A stretch of 58,119 nucleotides of DNA from a virus (taxonomy: Duplodnaviria; Caudoviricetes): positions 1 through 58,119 of the IMG/VR virus record IMGVR_UViG_3300029319_000051; one strand, 5' to 3'. How positions within the stretch are numbered: the stretch's first letter is position 1; each line of letters begins with the position of its first letter. Below the pieces are notes generated by a model that was not told the origin of the DNA, ran no database searches, and worked only from the letters and a program-made list of their open reading frames with translations. A program made the position numbers and the translations under genes. Shown piece by piece: positions 16,613-26,469 of the stretch.

Positions 16613-16918
16613 ATGAGTAAAGAGGCGCTAAGGTCAAGAATCAAGCGCATGCTGAAAAAGCATGGGCTTGCTGGTGTCAACAAACCAAAGCGCACTCCTA
16701 GCCACCCCAAGAAGTCACACATAGTACTTGCTAAACAAGGGGATAGAGTAAAACTTATTCGTTACGGACAGCAGGGGGCTAAGACCGCAGGTAAGCCCAA
16801 GGCTGGAGAGAGCGAGCGCATGAAAAAGAAAAGAGCCAGCTTCAAAGCTAGGCATAGGCGTAACATTGCAAAAGGCAAAATGAGCGCAGCTTTTTGGGCC
16901 AACAAATCCAAGTGGTAA
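16613..16918 (+). CDS. Highly basic conserved phage protein
   Basis: NKPKRTPSHPKKSH...IRYGQQG...SFKARH...SAAFWA pattern. Confidence 0.75.
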   Translation: MSKEALRSRIKRMLKKHGLAGVNKPKRTPSHPKKSHIVLAKQGDRVKLIRYGQQGAKTAGKPKAGESERMKKKRASFKARHRRNIAKGKMSAAFWANKSKW

Positions 16919-17112
16919 TGAAAACAGTCAAGGCAAAAAAGGGGGCTAAGTTCTCTATAACGAACAAAACCATGTCTATCGACCCGCCAAAAGGTTTTCA
17001 CTGGATGGAGGATAGCGGCAGATATTACTTGATGAAGGGTGAGTATGCCCCTCATCCAGGCGCTGTTGCAAAGGCAAAGTTTAAAATGGCTGACCACCCA
17101 AAGAAGAAGTAA
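16918..17112 (+). CDS. Small basic protein
   Basis: ATG at 16918 (TAATG overlap); PPKGFHWM...LMKG.Y.PH motif. Confidence 0.7.
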   Translation: MKTVKAKKGAKFSITNKTMSIDPPKGFHWMEDSGRYYLMKGEYAPHPGAVAKAKFKMADHPKKK

Positions 17113-17381
17113 TGGCCAAGAGTGCAGCACAACAAGCAGCGATAGCAATCGCCATGAAAAAGGCAGGGAAGAAACCCAAGTCCGCTAAGAAGGGGATGAA
17201 GTTCAACCCTAAATACACTCGTGGTAGCGCTAACGTAGGCGAAAGAAAAAGATTGATGCAGAAGATTTCTGACATCTACAAAAAGCATAGAGGCACCAAA
17301 GAAAAAAGAAAAAAGAAAGGATTCCCACCAGCCGTAGCTGCAAGATTAAAGAAGCTTATGGCAAGAAGAGATAAGATATGA
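17112..17381 (+). CDS. Small Lys-rich protein
   Basis: 89 aa; AAQQAAIAIAMKKAGKKPK motif. Confidence 0.7.
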   Translation: MAKSAAQQAAIAIAMKKAGKKPKSAKKGMKFNPKYTRGSANVGERKRLMQKISDIYKKHRGTKEKRKKKGFPPAVAARLKKLMARRDKI

Positions 17382-17623
17382 GGGTAATGAAAAAGGGAGG
17401 TAAGGCATCCTCCAAGAAAAAGAAAGGCAAGGGCAAAGGCTACGCGAGCCTGACAGCGGCACAAAAGGAAGTTTATCGTAGAGGCCTTGCCGCTTACATG
17501 AGCTCAGGCAACAGACCAAAGGTGTCCCAGCATGCCTGGGCTATGGCTAGAGTAAAGTCAGCTTTTGGAAAGCGTGAAGCAGCAAAGATTGCAGCTGGCA
17601 AAGGAAAAAAGAAAAAGAAATAA
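17378..17623 (+). CDS. Basic protein, DUF5824-like
   Basis: VYRRGLAAY...RP...WAMARV pattern recalled from DUF5824. Confidence 0.6.
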   Translation: MRVMKKGGKASSKKKKGKGKGYASLTAAQKEVYRRGLAAYMSSGNRPKVSQHAWAMARVKSAFGKREAAKIAAGKGKKKKK

Positions 17624-17630
17624 TAATTAG

Positions 17631-17638
17631 TATATTTG
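17631..17638 (+). promoter_or_regulatory. Bacteroidetes -7 promoter element
   Basis: TATATTTG ahead of the head gene cluster. Confidence 0.75.
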
Positions 17639-17657
17639 CCAAAACAAAAACACTAAA

Positions 17658-18053
17658 ATGGCTACAACAACCGCAACTCTTACATTGTCCAGCTCAGACC
17701 TCACTGGGGATGCTTTGGCTTTGTCAACTACAACAACTCTCACCAAGGCTGGAACAGTTACTGGCCTTGACCAGAGCACTGGTGTCGCTAGAAAAACCTT
17801 TACAACCACAAGCATTCAGACTCTTGTCGATAAAGCAGACTTCACTGCCGATAGAGCTCACAAAGTGTATGTGAAAAACATAAGCACCACTGCATCAGAA
17901 AACTTGATTATCACTGTTGAATCTCAGCAGTTGGGCAGGCTTTACGCTGGAGACTTTATGTTTATCCCCTTCAATGGAGAGCAAGACATTAAGGTAACTC
18001 CAAGCGTTGCTACAACTATGACTGTGGAGTTCTTGGTAATTTACGAAGCATAA
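17658..18053 (+). CDS. Putative structural protein
   Basis: Thr-rich; VYVKN...G[DE]FxFIP motif shared with the next gene. Confidence 0.7.
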   Translation: MATTTATLTLSSSDLTGDALALSTTTTLTKAGTVTGLDQSTGVARKTFTTTSIQTLVDKADFTADRAHKVYVKNISTTASENLIITVESQQLGRLYAGDFMFIPFNGEQDIKVTPSVATTMTVEFLVIYEA

Positions 18054-18460
18054 TGGCTTCAGTTCGGGCAACATTAAGCCTTTCGAGTGTTGGTGTTCTC
18101 AGCAGCCCTCTAAACATTTCTGTCAACTCGTTGCTTGTCGTTGACTCTGGTTCTTTGATCAGAGCTAAAGTCAAGGGGACGGCGGCTGACGCAAATGACC
18201 TTGCTATATACATAGAGAACCAGTGCTCAGAGAGAGCATACCTCTACATCAAAAATATGGAAGGTGAGCTTGAGAACTACATCTACATTCACAACGATAC
18301 TGACACGGGTCTAGTAGCCAAGATCGGTGGTGGTGAGTTTGCGTTTATTCCTATAAACCCAGACAAGAAGCTCGAGGTGTATGCTACCAAGGTTGATACT
18401 ATGGTTGAGTACGGTGTATTTGGAAATGACGATTCATCTAATCCTTACGGAGGGTCCTAA
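18053..18460 (+). CDS. Putative structural protein, paralog of the previous gene
   Basis: MAxxxATLxLSS start and LYIKN...GEFAFIP motif. Confidence 0.7.
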   Translation: MASVRATLSLSSVGVLSSPLNISVNSLLVVDSGSLIRAKVKGTAADANDLAIYIENQCSERAYLYIKNMEGELENYIYIHNDTDTGLVAKIGGGEFAFIPINPDKKLEVYATKVDTMVEYGVFGNDDSSNPYGGS

Positions 18461-18470
18461 TAAATAAGAT

Positions 18471-18953
18471 ATGGCAAAGAATTTTAAAACAGTAAGAATA
18501 ACGCCTACTTGCTTTAACGGTACAACTGATGCTCAAAGCCAGGTTTTGTTTAATCCTACAGAAATTAAAAATGCTGTAGCGCACAATGGTGGCGCCGCCT
18601 TGTTGAAGTCAGTAAGTATTGTAGACTTTGATGACAACGCCAGTGATGATTATGAATTGTATTTCTCTCAGCTAGGAACAAATGATTTAGGCACACTGGG
18701 CGGCGTTATAGATATTACAGACCCAGAGCTTGTTACGAATAAGTCTTTGGGTTGGGTTGCTGTCCCTGGTGTTGCCAACAATGAAATTGGTGATATGGTT
18801 CTATCAAGAATTTCAACAGTTACTGGTATAGATTTAGTTGTGCAAGCTGAAAGTGGCAGCTCTTCTATTTTTGTTGGGTGTGTTTGCGGCACAGCCGAAA
18901 CAGTTTCAACGACCTCTGGACTAGAACTTATTCTTGGCTTTGAGCAACTCTAA
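18471..18953 (+). CDS. Putative structural protein
   Basis: 160-aa beta-rich ORF in the head cluster. Confidence 0.65.
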   Translation: MAKNFKTVRITPTCFNGTTDAQSQVLFNPTEIKNAVAHNGGAALLKSVSIVDFDDNASDDYELYFSQLGTNDLGTLGGVIDITDPELVTNKSLGWVAVPGVANNEIGDMVLSRISTVTGIDLVVQAESGSSSIFVGCVCGTAETVSTTSGLELILGFEQL

Positions 18954-18975
18954 GAACACAATTAATTTAATATAA

Positions 18976-20094
18976 ATGGAAAATCAACCTAGCGAAATTG
19001 CAGGTATGAAGGTCTTCAGCAACCCTGAGGACCTTGCTGCATCTATGGCCTCTGAACAGGAGCCACAAGTCGAAACAACTGAGCCAGCGGCTGAGCCCGT
19101 TGCTGAACCCGTAGCGGAACCCGTAGCGGAGCCAGCACCAGAGCCAAGCCCAGAGCCAGCTGTCGAAGCACAACCTCAAGAGTCTTCATACGTAGACCCT
19201 GAGGCTGCACCAATAGAAGAAACTGAGGAGTACAGTGATTCTGATTACGAACAAGCTGTTCTTTCATACATGAGCGAGAGGCTCGGTAGAGAGTTCAGTT
19301 CGTTTGACGATTTTAGCACTCCACAACAAAAAGCTCTTGATGAGCGCATTGAATCTATTGCTCGTTTTGTAGAAGAAACTGGCAGGTCACCACAAGACTG
19401 GTTTGCTTACCAGTCGTTGAATCCTTCCGAGATGGATGATGCAACGGCTATCCGTGTAAGCATGGCAAGTGAGTACCCCAGCCTCTCTCCTGAAGAGCTC
19501 AATGTGTTGATCAATAGCAAATACAAAGTGGACCCCGATCTCAACAGTGAGGAAGAGGTTCGCTTGGCTCAAGTCCAACTCAAGGTTGACGCCCAGAATG
19601 CTAGACAAAAGATCGAGGAGCTTCGATCTCAGTACAAAGCACCTGAAGTTCAGCAGAGCACAGACGTAGAGTCTATCGTTGACGAGGCATGGGTCTCTAA
19701 GATGTCAAACGAAGTTGATCAGATGACTGGGTTGGAGTTCGACCTGGGCGGTGATAAGAGCTTTACGTTTGCCCTAGATGACGCATACAAGTCACAACTC
19801 AAACAAAAAAATGCTCGTCTTGACGAGTACTTCGATCCCTATATCCGTGAGGACGGAAGCTGGGACTATGACTCGCTCTCTTCTCACAGAGCTGTCATTG
19901 ACAACATTGATGCTATTGTGGCTTCGGCTTACAAGCAAGGCCTTGGTGATGGTCAAAAGACTCTCGTGAATAAGGCGGCCAATGTCCAAGCTCAGACACC
20001 TACGGAAACGGGGATAAATCAAACTAATCCGCTAGCTGACCAGTTAAAAAACATTCTGGGTAAACAGTCTAGCACATTGACTTTTAAAATCTAA
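18976..20094 (+). CDS. Putative capsid scaffold/assembly protein
   Basis: Very acidic, directly upstream of the major capsid gene; disordered N-terminus with EPVA repeats. Confidence 0.65.
   Translation: MENQPSEIAGMKVFSNPEDLAASMASEQEPQVETTEPAAEPVAEPVAEPVAEPAPEPSPEPAVEAQPQESSYVDPEAAPIEETEEYSDSDYEQAVLSYMSERLGREFSSFDDFSTPQQKALDERIESIARFVEETGRSPQDWFAYQSLNPSEMDDATAIRVSMASEYPSLSPEELNVLINSKYKVDPDLNSEEEVRLAQVQLKVDAQNARQKIEELRSQYKAPEVQQSTDVESIVDEAWVSKMSNEVDQMTGLEFDLGGDKSFTFALDDAYKSQLKQKNARLDEYFDPYIREDGSWDYDSLSSHRAVIDNIDAIVASAYKQGLGDGQKTLVNKAANVQAQTPTETGINQTNPLADQLKNILGKQSSTLTFKI
19081..19160 (+). repeat. Coding tandem repeat (EPAA/EPVA/EPAP/EPSP)
   Basis: 12-nt period, e.g. GAACCCGTAGCG twice, encoding EP-x-x units. 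Confidence 0.8.
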
Positions 20095-20107
20095 AAACTA
20101 AAATATT

Positions 20108-21517
20108 ATGGCTACTACTGCTGCTGCGGCTGGAGGCTTGGATGGCGCACCCGCCAATCTTAGACTAACGCCCGAAAAATATACTACTATTGACACTCTG
20201 CTTGATCACAACAAGCCAGATGTCATGCCACAGCTCGTAGAAACTTACGGTGATCAAGGCATCACTGGTTTCTTGAAGCTCACTGGCGCAATCAACTCTG
20301 GAGGATCTGCCGACCAGATTGAGTACTTTGAAGTTGGAAGACGTCACAGACTTGTAACTGGTGTTACTGATAGTGCTGATGACGACCAAATTACATTGTC
20401 TGTTGCCGCTGATGGCACTGACGGCACTGCCATCGGTCCTAACGATGTGGTTATGGATAGTGCTAACGGTCAACGCTTTGTTGTTATTTCTGCTGATGGA
20501 TCTCCAACAGCTGCTGATGACTACGTTTTGATGACACTTGATGGAGGTGCTGCCAGTAACAACTCTACTTCACGTAGCTTTATTGTACTTGGAAACATGT
20601 ACGGGCAGGGCACTGAGCAACCATCTCACTTCACTGATGCTGATGTTGTTAGACGCAAGAACCCCTACATGATCGTAAAAGATCGTTTCCAGGTAAATGG
20701 TTCACAGGCAACTAACATCGGTTACATTGACGTAGGCGGAGGCGACTTCCGCTGGTTTATGTATGGTGAGCAAGAGGCTCGGAGACGTTTTGAGGATCGC
20801 CGTGAGATGATGTTGTTGTTTGCTGAAAAGGGCAACGATGACAATAATACGGATGCTACTTCTGCTGTCTACGCTGGCAACGCTCAAGATGCAGGCAAGG
20901 GTTCAGAGGGATACATCTCTGCTGTTGAGTCTAGAGGTATTGTTGTTTCTAACGCTAACGCTAATCCATTGGATAGCTTTGCTGAGTTTGACGATATCAT
21001 CTTGGAGCTCGACAACAATGGAGCCACTTCTGAGTACGCTATGTACTTGAACAGAAAGCAAGACCTCGCTATTGATGACATGCTTGCTTCTGGTGTTTCT
21101 ACTGGTGTCACTGCTGGATTGACTGGTCAGTTTGGCGCATTTAACAACGACGCTGACATGGCCGTTAAGTTGGGCTTTAAGTCCTTTACTCGCGGTGGTT
21201 ACACGTTCCACAAGCATGACTTTAAGTTGTTGAATGATCCTACTCTCTTGGGTGCTTCTAACTTCTTGCAAGGTTGCATGGTTCCTATGAGCCAGGTGAC
21301 TGACCCACGTACAGGCTACAAGGCTCCTGCTTTGTCTATGTACTACAAAGAAGCAAACGGCTACTCTAGAGAGATGGAGCACTGGGTAACTGGTGGTGGC
21401 GTTTTGGGACACACAAACAATGGAGATGCTGGTAGAGACGTTGCTACGTTCCACTACCGCTCTGAGATTGCTTTGGTGACTCGTGCTGCTAACCAACACG
21501 TTATCATTAAGGGATAA
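20108..21517 (+). CDS. Major capsid protein
   Basis: 469 aa after the scaffold; GSEGY...RG and LGFKSFTRGGYTFHK motifs typical of crAss-related capsid proteins; strongly biased codon use. Confidence 0.85.
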   Translation: MATTAAAAGGLDGAPANLRLTPEKYTTIDTLLDHNKPDVMPQLVETYGDQGITGFLKLTGAINSGGSADQIEYFEVGRRHRLVTGVTDSADDDQITLSVAADGTDGTAIGPNDVVMDSANGQRFVVISADGSPTAADDYVLMTLDGGAASNNSTSRSFIVLGNMYGQGTEQPSHFTDADVVRRKNPYMIVKDRFQVNGSQATNIGYIDVGGGDFRWFMYGEQEARRRFEDRREMMLLFAEKGNDDNNTDATSAVYAGNAQDAGKGSEGYISAVESRGIVVSNANANPLDSFAEFDDIILELDNNGATSEYAMYLNRKQDLAIDDMLASGVSTGVTAGLTGQFGAFNNDADMAVKLGFKSFTRGGYTFHKHDFKLLNDPTLLGASNFLQGCMVPMSQVTDPRTGYKAPALSMYYKEANGYSREMEHWVTGGGVLGHTNNGDAGRDVATFHYRSEIALVTRAANQHVIIKG

Positions 21518-21536
21518 TAATAACAGTTAGGTAGAC

Positions 21537-21558
21537 GGGAGGGGCTTCGTCCCTTCCC
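21537..21558 (+). other. GC-rich hairpin after the capsid gene (stabiliser or weak terminator)
   Basis: GGGAGGGG-CTTCGT-CCCTTCCC, with no U tract. Confidence 0.55.
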
Positions 21559-21586
21559 CTCTAGCTACAAAAAATAACTAGTTACT

Positions 21587-21901
21587 ATGGAAAAATTTTT
21601 GTATTTCGAAAACGCGGCCACAGACTCCACCTGTATCCCAGCAAGGCATCTTGTTGAGATGGAAATGGATGGAAGTGGAACTGCTTTAGACATAAGGTTC
21701 TCAGTCGGTTCTGGCACTTCTCTAAAAGAGTATGAAGTGGCAGTAACTATTTCTGACAACACGGGGACAGAAGTCATGAGAGCTATCTCAGAAGAAATTA
21801 GATTCGGGAAAGACCCGTTTATTATCATCGCTGATGACACTAACAGTGTTTATGCTCACTCAAGCATCACTGCTGTGGCAACACTGCCTGCAATCAGCTA
21901 A
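21587..21901 (+). CDS. Putative capsid decoration protein (paralog 1)
   Basis: KFLYF...P...V.I...VM.AI...IAD domain shared with the next two genes. Confidence 0.65.
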   Translation: MEKFLYFENAATDSTCIPARHLVEMEMDGSGTALDIRFSVGSGTSLKEYEVAVTISDNTGTEVMRAISEEIRFGKDPFIIIADDTNSVYAHSSITAVATLPAIS

Positions 21902-21913
21902 ATATTAGAAACC

Positions 21914-22594
21914 ATGGACGTAAATAAGAAATTTCTTTTTGTAAACCCAGCGGCTTCTAATGAGGATGAGGCCCGCATGTTTCCTTTGTCTAGCCTTCGT
22001 GCTTTTCACATGGATAACACTGACAGCTTAATTGCAACATTTAATGATGCTGGAACAAGCGATCACACAACTGTAGACATTACCATCACAGATGGTGCTG
22101 GGCAGACAGTCATGAGAGAGTTTGTTGAGGCCATTAACTTTTCAAAAGACGCTGTTGTTGTTCTTGCGAATAATGCTGATGATTCTTCTGTCTCTGCTAA
22201 CATTGACTTTGATACTGCCCCAACAATTACTGATGGGTCTGGAGTAACAAGTGTTACTGCTACAGATGATGGAACAGGAACAGGTACAATTCCAGAAGGA
22301 GCGACATTTGTTGCTGTGGACGCAGACGGTGATGCTAATCACATTGTGATTTTGCCATCTCCTGTTGTAGGAACAGTTCTTCATATTGCAGAAACTGGAA
22401 CTACTGGATTTGAGCTTAGAACCAGCGCTCCTGCTACTATTGGTATTAACGCTGGCACTGCTACTAATGCTGAATCTGAGATTGCTGGTGCAATTACGCT
22501 AGTTAGGTGCGTTTGTGTTTCAGCTACTAACTGGGTAGCTACTCAGTTTGACGCTGATGGAGACGAATCTAAAGTTGAGCAGGCAGCAGCCTAA
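21914..22594 (+). CDS. Putative capsid decoration/head fibre protein (paralog 2)
   Basis: Same N-terminal domain plus a C-terminal ILPSPVVG...NW fibre-type domain. Confidence 0.65.
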   Translation: MDVNKKFLFVNPAASNEDEARMFPLSSLRAFHMDNTDSLIATFNDAGTSDHTTVDITITDGAGQTVMREFVEAINFSKDAVVVLANNADDSSVSANIDFDTAPTITDGSGVTSVTATDDGTGTGTIPEGATFVAVDADGDANHIVILPSPVVGTVLHIAETGTTGFELRTSAPATIGINAGTATNAESEIAGAITLVRCVCVSATNWVATQFDADGDESKVEQAAA

Positions 22595-22612
22595 TACTAA
22601 ACAGTTTATTGG

Positions 22613-22643
22613 AAAGGGGGACTTCGGTCCCCTTTTTCTTTTT
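22613..22643 (+). terminator. Rho-independent terminator
   Basis: AAAGGGGGAC-TTCG-GTCCCCTTTT followed by a T-rich tract. Confidence 0.9.
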
Positions 22644-22646
22644 CGC

Positions 22647-22654
22647 TATATTTG
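22647..22654 (+). promoter_or_regulatory. Bacteroidetes -7 promoter element
   Basis: TATATTTG directly after the terminator. Confidence 0.75.
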
Positions 22655-22669
22655 CACTACTTAAATACA

Positions 22670-23905
22670 ATGAAGAAGTTTTTCCTATTTAGAAGAGAGT
22701 CAGAAACCGCAGGATCTGGGGCAACCACATCAAACACAGGTGTAGGTATATCTAGCCTCTCTATCCCTGCAGACAGCATGGCTTATATGACCACCAAGGT
22801 TGGTGGTTTGATTATTACTTTTAACCAGTCTTCTGCCTTTGAGTCTTCTTTCTTGAACCCAGGGGAGTCTATACCAAAGACGAGCGTAGAGGTGGGCTGT
22901 GCCAAAGGAGAAGAGACTGCCCTCATGGAGAGCATACTCAACTTTATTTCCTCTGAATCAAAAAAAAGCATCATGCGATTTGATGCTGTAAACCAGAACT
23001 CCACGTTTTCTCAGTTCGTTCAAGAGAAAGAGTCTGTATCTCCTGTTATACCTACGCTTGCTGTTGAGACAGTGAGTGGTGAGATCAGCCAGGGGACTCA
23101 GGAACAGAAGTTCCAAAACACCATAGCTGGTATCAACTTCCAAGGGAACCTCCCCATAGTGGACTACAACCACCTTGGGCTTGCTTCTTTCTCAGCATCA
23201 GCTACGATAACTTCTTGGCAAAACTCTGGCACAGGAGGCTCAACTTACAACCTTACCCCAACGTCGGGTGATACTCCGTCTGCTGTCAAGGCAGCTGACC
23301 AACTCAACTTCTCTACAGATGCTGTGAACTTTGGGCTTAATGAGTCCTTTGACGTTCCCGCCCTTACAATTCAAAACGACTACACTATATATGTTGTCAT
23401 AGGCACCGCTAACACCGTTGGGGTTGCCCCCATGTATGGGGACTCAAGCGAAGAATGTATTGGTTTTTCTGGAGTGTTTATGAAAAACGGAGCAAGTGCA
23501 GCACCTGAAATCTCAAACAAGACATTTAGTGTTAGACACAAAGGCAGAACTGGAGCTGTAGCTAGTGTTAAAACTTCAGTTGATACTATTGACAACAATT
23601 TTAACTCTACAGTACACAACGGGTGTCATGTCTTTGTCATTCGGAGAGACAAGAACTTCAATATGATGCTTCATGCGGCAAACCGAACAGAAAAAACAGG
23701 AGACATCATAGGCGTTATAGACGCTGTGACGGGAAAGTCAAACACTTCGGGGGCAACAGATGGAAACTTGCTTATAGAGCGCCTTGGACATGTAGGTGGA
23801 CTCTTTAAGGGTCAGATACCAAGATTTGGAATCATTGAAAAAGACATTGGAGCTAACGCGGCTTCTACTCTGGCAACAGATTTGTTTAATTTATACACAC
23901 TTTAA
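22670..23905 (+). CDS. Putative virion protein (paralog 3) with a C-terminal lectin-like domain
   Basis: ATG at 22670; KKFFLF N-terminal domain; WQNSG...YTIYVV...FKGQI pattern of LamG-like folds. Confidence 0.65.
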   Translation: MKKFFLFRRESETAGSGATTSNTGVGISSLSIPADSMAYMTTKVGGLIITFNQSSAFESSFLNPGESIPKTSVEVGCAKGEETALMESILNFISSESKKSIMRFDAVNQNSTFSQFVQEKESVSPVIPTLAVETVSGEISQGTQEQKFQNTIAGINFQGNLPIVDYNHLGLASFSASATITSWQNSGTGGSTYNLTPTSGDTPSAVKAADQLNFSTDAVNFGLNESFDVPALTIQNDYTIYVVIGTANTVGVAPMYGDSSEECIGFSGVFMKNGASAAPEISNKTFSVRHKGRTGAVASVKTSVDTIDNNFNSTVHNGCHVFVIRRDKNFNMMLHAANRTEKTGDIIGVIDAVTGKSNTSGATDGNLLIERLGHVGGLFKGQIPRFGIIEKDIGANAASTLATDLFNLYTL

Positions 23906-23916
23906 TTCATTTAATC

Positions 23917-24759
23917 ATGGCTGAACAAGCTAAAAAAAGACGGGCTCCAGGCCGCCCCAAAAAGGCCGAGACAGTGGAAAACGTGCAGCCCATTACGCCT
24001 GCCGTTAAACCTACAGTAAAACCTAAAAAGCGCACAATTAAGCGCAAAGAGGTTGTAAACGAAAACAAAGAGTACGAAATCATCAAGGGTGGTGGTGTTG
24101 TATACATGCTTCCACAAAAGGGAGTTACAGTGTACGACGAAGACAACGACACTGTTCGTGAAATACGTTACTGCCCTAACGAACCTTCTATTTACGTTGA
24201 CGAACAAAGCGAAAACGCTGTCAGGCAATCTGTCGCATTTAGGGACGGAAGAATTTTTGTCCCCAAAGAAAAGCCTAACTTGCGTAAATTTTTAGAGGTA
24301 CACCCTCAGAATGGCCCTGTATTTAGAGAGGTCAATAAGCGTAAAAGTGCTGAACAAGAGCTACAAAAAGAGTTTTTGCTCACAGACGCTATTTCTAAAG
24401 TTCGTGACACAGATATCAATGACTTGTTGCCAGTAGCTATTTACTTTGGCATTAACATCAACTCACCTGTATCAGAGATTCGTTACAATCTTTTGAATAT
24501 CGCAAAGCGTAAGACTGAAGAGTTTCTGCAATCCTTTGATTCACCTCAAGTTATGACTCGAAGCATAGTGCAGCAGGCTAAAGATTATCAAATCTTGAAC
24601 GTAAAAAATAATGGTGTATTCTGGTTCGACAGCAACAACTTGATTGTATCGGTACCTGTGGGTCAAGACCCGATGGATGTTATGGTTAGGTTCTGTCTCA
24701 CAGAGAAAGGAGCCTCGGTTCTATCCAACTTGGAAGAACGACTAGACAAGCTAGGATAA
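23917..24759 (+). CDS. Conserved protein of the crAss-related head/tail cluster
   Basis: REIRYC..E.SIYVDEQ...F.DG...V...NL..FL..HP.N pattern. Confidence 0.7.
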   Translation: MAEQAKKRRAPGRPKKAETVENVQPITPAVKPTVKPKKRTIKRKEVVNENKEYEIIKGGGVVYMLPQKGVTVYDEDNDTVREIRYCPNEPSIYVDEQSENAVRQSVAFRDGRIFVPKEKPNLRKFLEVHPQNGPVFREVNKRKSAEQELQKEFLLTDAISKVRDTDINDLLPVAIYFGININSPVSEIRYNLLNIAKRKTEEFLQSFDSPQVMTRSIVQQAKDYQILNVKNNGVFWFDSNNLIVSVPVGQDPMDVMVRFCLTEKGASVLSNLEERLDKLG

Positions 24760-24762
24760 AAG

Positions 24763-24788
24763 AAAGGCCCGAAGGGGCCTTTTTTTTT
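24763..24788 (+). terminator. Rho-independent terminator
   Basis: AAAGGCCC-GAAG-GGGCCTTT plus a long T run. Confidence 0.92.
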
Positions 24789-24793
24789 GTTTG

Positions 24794-24801
24794 TATATTT
24801 A
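24794..24801 (+). promoter_or_regulatory. Variant -7 promoter element
   Basis: TATATTTA directly after the terminator, 4 nt before the ATG at 24806. Confidence 0.6.
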
Positions 24802-24805
24802 CAGC

Positions 24806-25585
24806 ATGGTTAAGGTAGCAGTTGTATACAACATTGTACGTGATCTGTGCAACAAAGATCAAAAGGGTTTTGTAACCCCAGCGGTGTTTAATACACTCGC
24901 AAGGGCCGCTCAGATGAATGTCTACAATGAGATGTTCAATGAGTTGAAGATTGCTACACGTTTGAGAAAGTCTGGGGGCGACGCTGGCAGAGACAAGTCC
25001 GCATACAAGATGGTCGAGGAAGACCTTTCGTACTTCATAACGAGCAAGCGTTTGAATGTTTCTGGAGAAGAAGAGCCTGTGCAAGACGAAGACCCCCAAG
25101 GCAACCCCCTTTTTGACGAAGACGGAGAAGAAATAATGGTGGCTGTAGAGGAAGTGGCTAGGGTAAACAAGCCAGCAGATCTCTCAAGGATTATAAGCAT
25201 GAACGTGTTTGAAACCAACACTTCAGTTGAAATCATATATGACTCTGAAAAAGCAAAGAGGGTTCTAAACAGCAATCTTTCTGCCCCTAGTGAAGAGTTT
25301 CCTATAGCCCTCATTGATGGTATTAACATCGAGATCTTCCCTCAAACCATAACCTCTGATATAAACATCAAGTACTACAGATACCCTGTAGAGCCAAAAT
25401 ATGTTGCCTTATCAATAGGTGGGTCGACAGGCTTTGTTGTTGAAGACCCTATCAACTGCACAAACTTCGAGTTGCCAGATCACTACCTGACAGAGCTCGT
25501 AGGTGAGATTGCTAGGATGATTGGTGTAAGGCTTAGGGACGATGTTTTAATGCAGTACGGCGTTACTGAAACTACGAATAGATAA
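24806..25585 (+). CDS. Tail ring/tubular protein
   Basis: NKDQKGFVTP..FN..A..AQ and Y.R.P..P...FELP motifs of crAss-type ring proteins. Confidence 0.75.
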   Translation: MVKVAVVYNIVRDLCNKDQKGFVTPAVFNTLARAAQMNVYNEMFNELKIATRLRKSGGDAGRDKSAYKMVEEDLSYFITSKRLNVSGEEEPVQDEDPQGNPLFDEDGEEIMVAVEEVARVNKPADLSRIISMNVFETNTSVEIIYDSEKAKRVLNSNLSAPSEEFPIALIDGINIEIFPQTITSDINIKYYRYPVEPKYVALSIGGSTGFVVEDPINCTNFELPDHYLTELVGEIARMIGVRLRDDVLMQYGVTETTNR

Positions 25586-26469
25586 TGGCATTTGAAGACG
25601 TAACATATAGCGGCGAGAGGTCAACTAATGGCACCAAAAGTGAAACGATGAACTTCGTTTCTCTTAGGCAGCTGATTGATGACTTTATTGTGACAATGGA
25701 CAGTGATGACTACATCAGCAACGTGTCCGACACAGCCATAAGAAACATCGCACTTCGTGGCATTAGAGAGTTTGGCTTTGACGTCAGCAGCCGCGTGCGC
25801 TCTATAAAAAGAACGATTCAGTCTAACAACACCGTGATCTTGCCTGAGGACTATGTAGATCTCGTTAAGATTGGAGTCGTAGACAGCGACGGCATACTCA
25901 GGGTTTTGGGTCAGAACAAAAACTTAAACTACTCTAGGAAGTTAACTACTGAAGTCGCTACAACAGACAGCGAGGCTGGCCCATTGAATCTAACCTCAAA
26001 CATAATTAAAAACAGGGAAGACGACAAGAATGCTACTGCTGGAAGCAACAGCGGCAACGGAGACCTTGATCACTTTATCTTTGAGAACTACTTGTTTCAA
26101 GGGGGGATAGGAAGGCTCTACGGCTTAGGTGGTGGACACCTTGCTGGGGAGTACAGAATCAATCTTGATCAAAACAGAATAGAGATAGACACTGACTCAG
26201 GCAGCAGTGAGATTGTCTTGGAGTATATTGCTGACGAAGCCAGGTCTACCAATCCCGTTATACATGTGTACGCTGAGGAAGCTTTGAGGAGCTACATGTA
26301 CTACAAGCTTTGCGAAAGAAAGTCTACGGTGCCAGCCAACGAAAAGGCCAGAGCCCGACGTGAGTATTACAACGATCGTCGATTGGCTAAGGCTAGACTC
26401 AGTAACTTCAGTAAAGATGAAGCACTGAAGACAATTCGTAAAAATTACCTACTGGCACCTAAGTACTGA
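25585..26469 (+). CDS. Tail ring/tubular protein 2
   Basis: RGIREFGFD, LPEDYV, IVLEYI.D and AEEAL..Y motifs. Confidence 0.75.
   Translation: MAFEDVTYSGERSTNGTKSETMNFVSLRQLIDDFIVTMDSDDYISNVSDTAIRNIALRGIREFGFDVSSRVRSIKRTIQSNNTVILPEDYVDLVKIGVVDSDGILRVLGQNKNLNYSRKLTTEVATTDSEAGPLNLTSNIIKNREDDKNATAGSNSGNGDLDHFIFENYLFQGGIGRLYGLGGGHLAGEYRINLDQNRIEIDTDSGSSEIVLEYIADEARSTNPVIHVYAEEALRSYMYYKLCERKSTVPANEKARARREYYNDRRLAKARLSNFSKDEALKTIRKNYLLAPKY

Noticed and set aside
20903-21499. 198-aa ORF antisense to the capsid gene, and other antisense ORFs in long genes
   Set aside because: Expected from codon bias on the sense strand; no motifs or start context.
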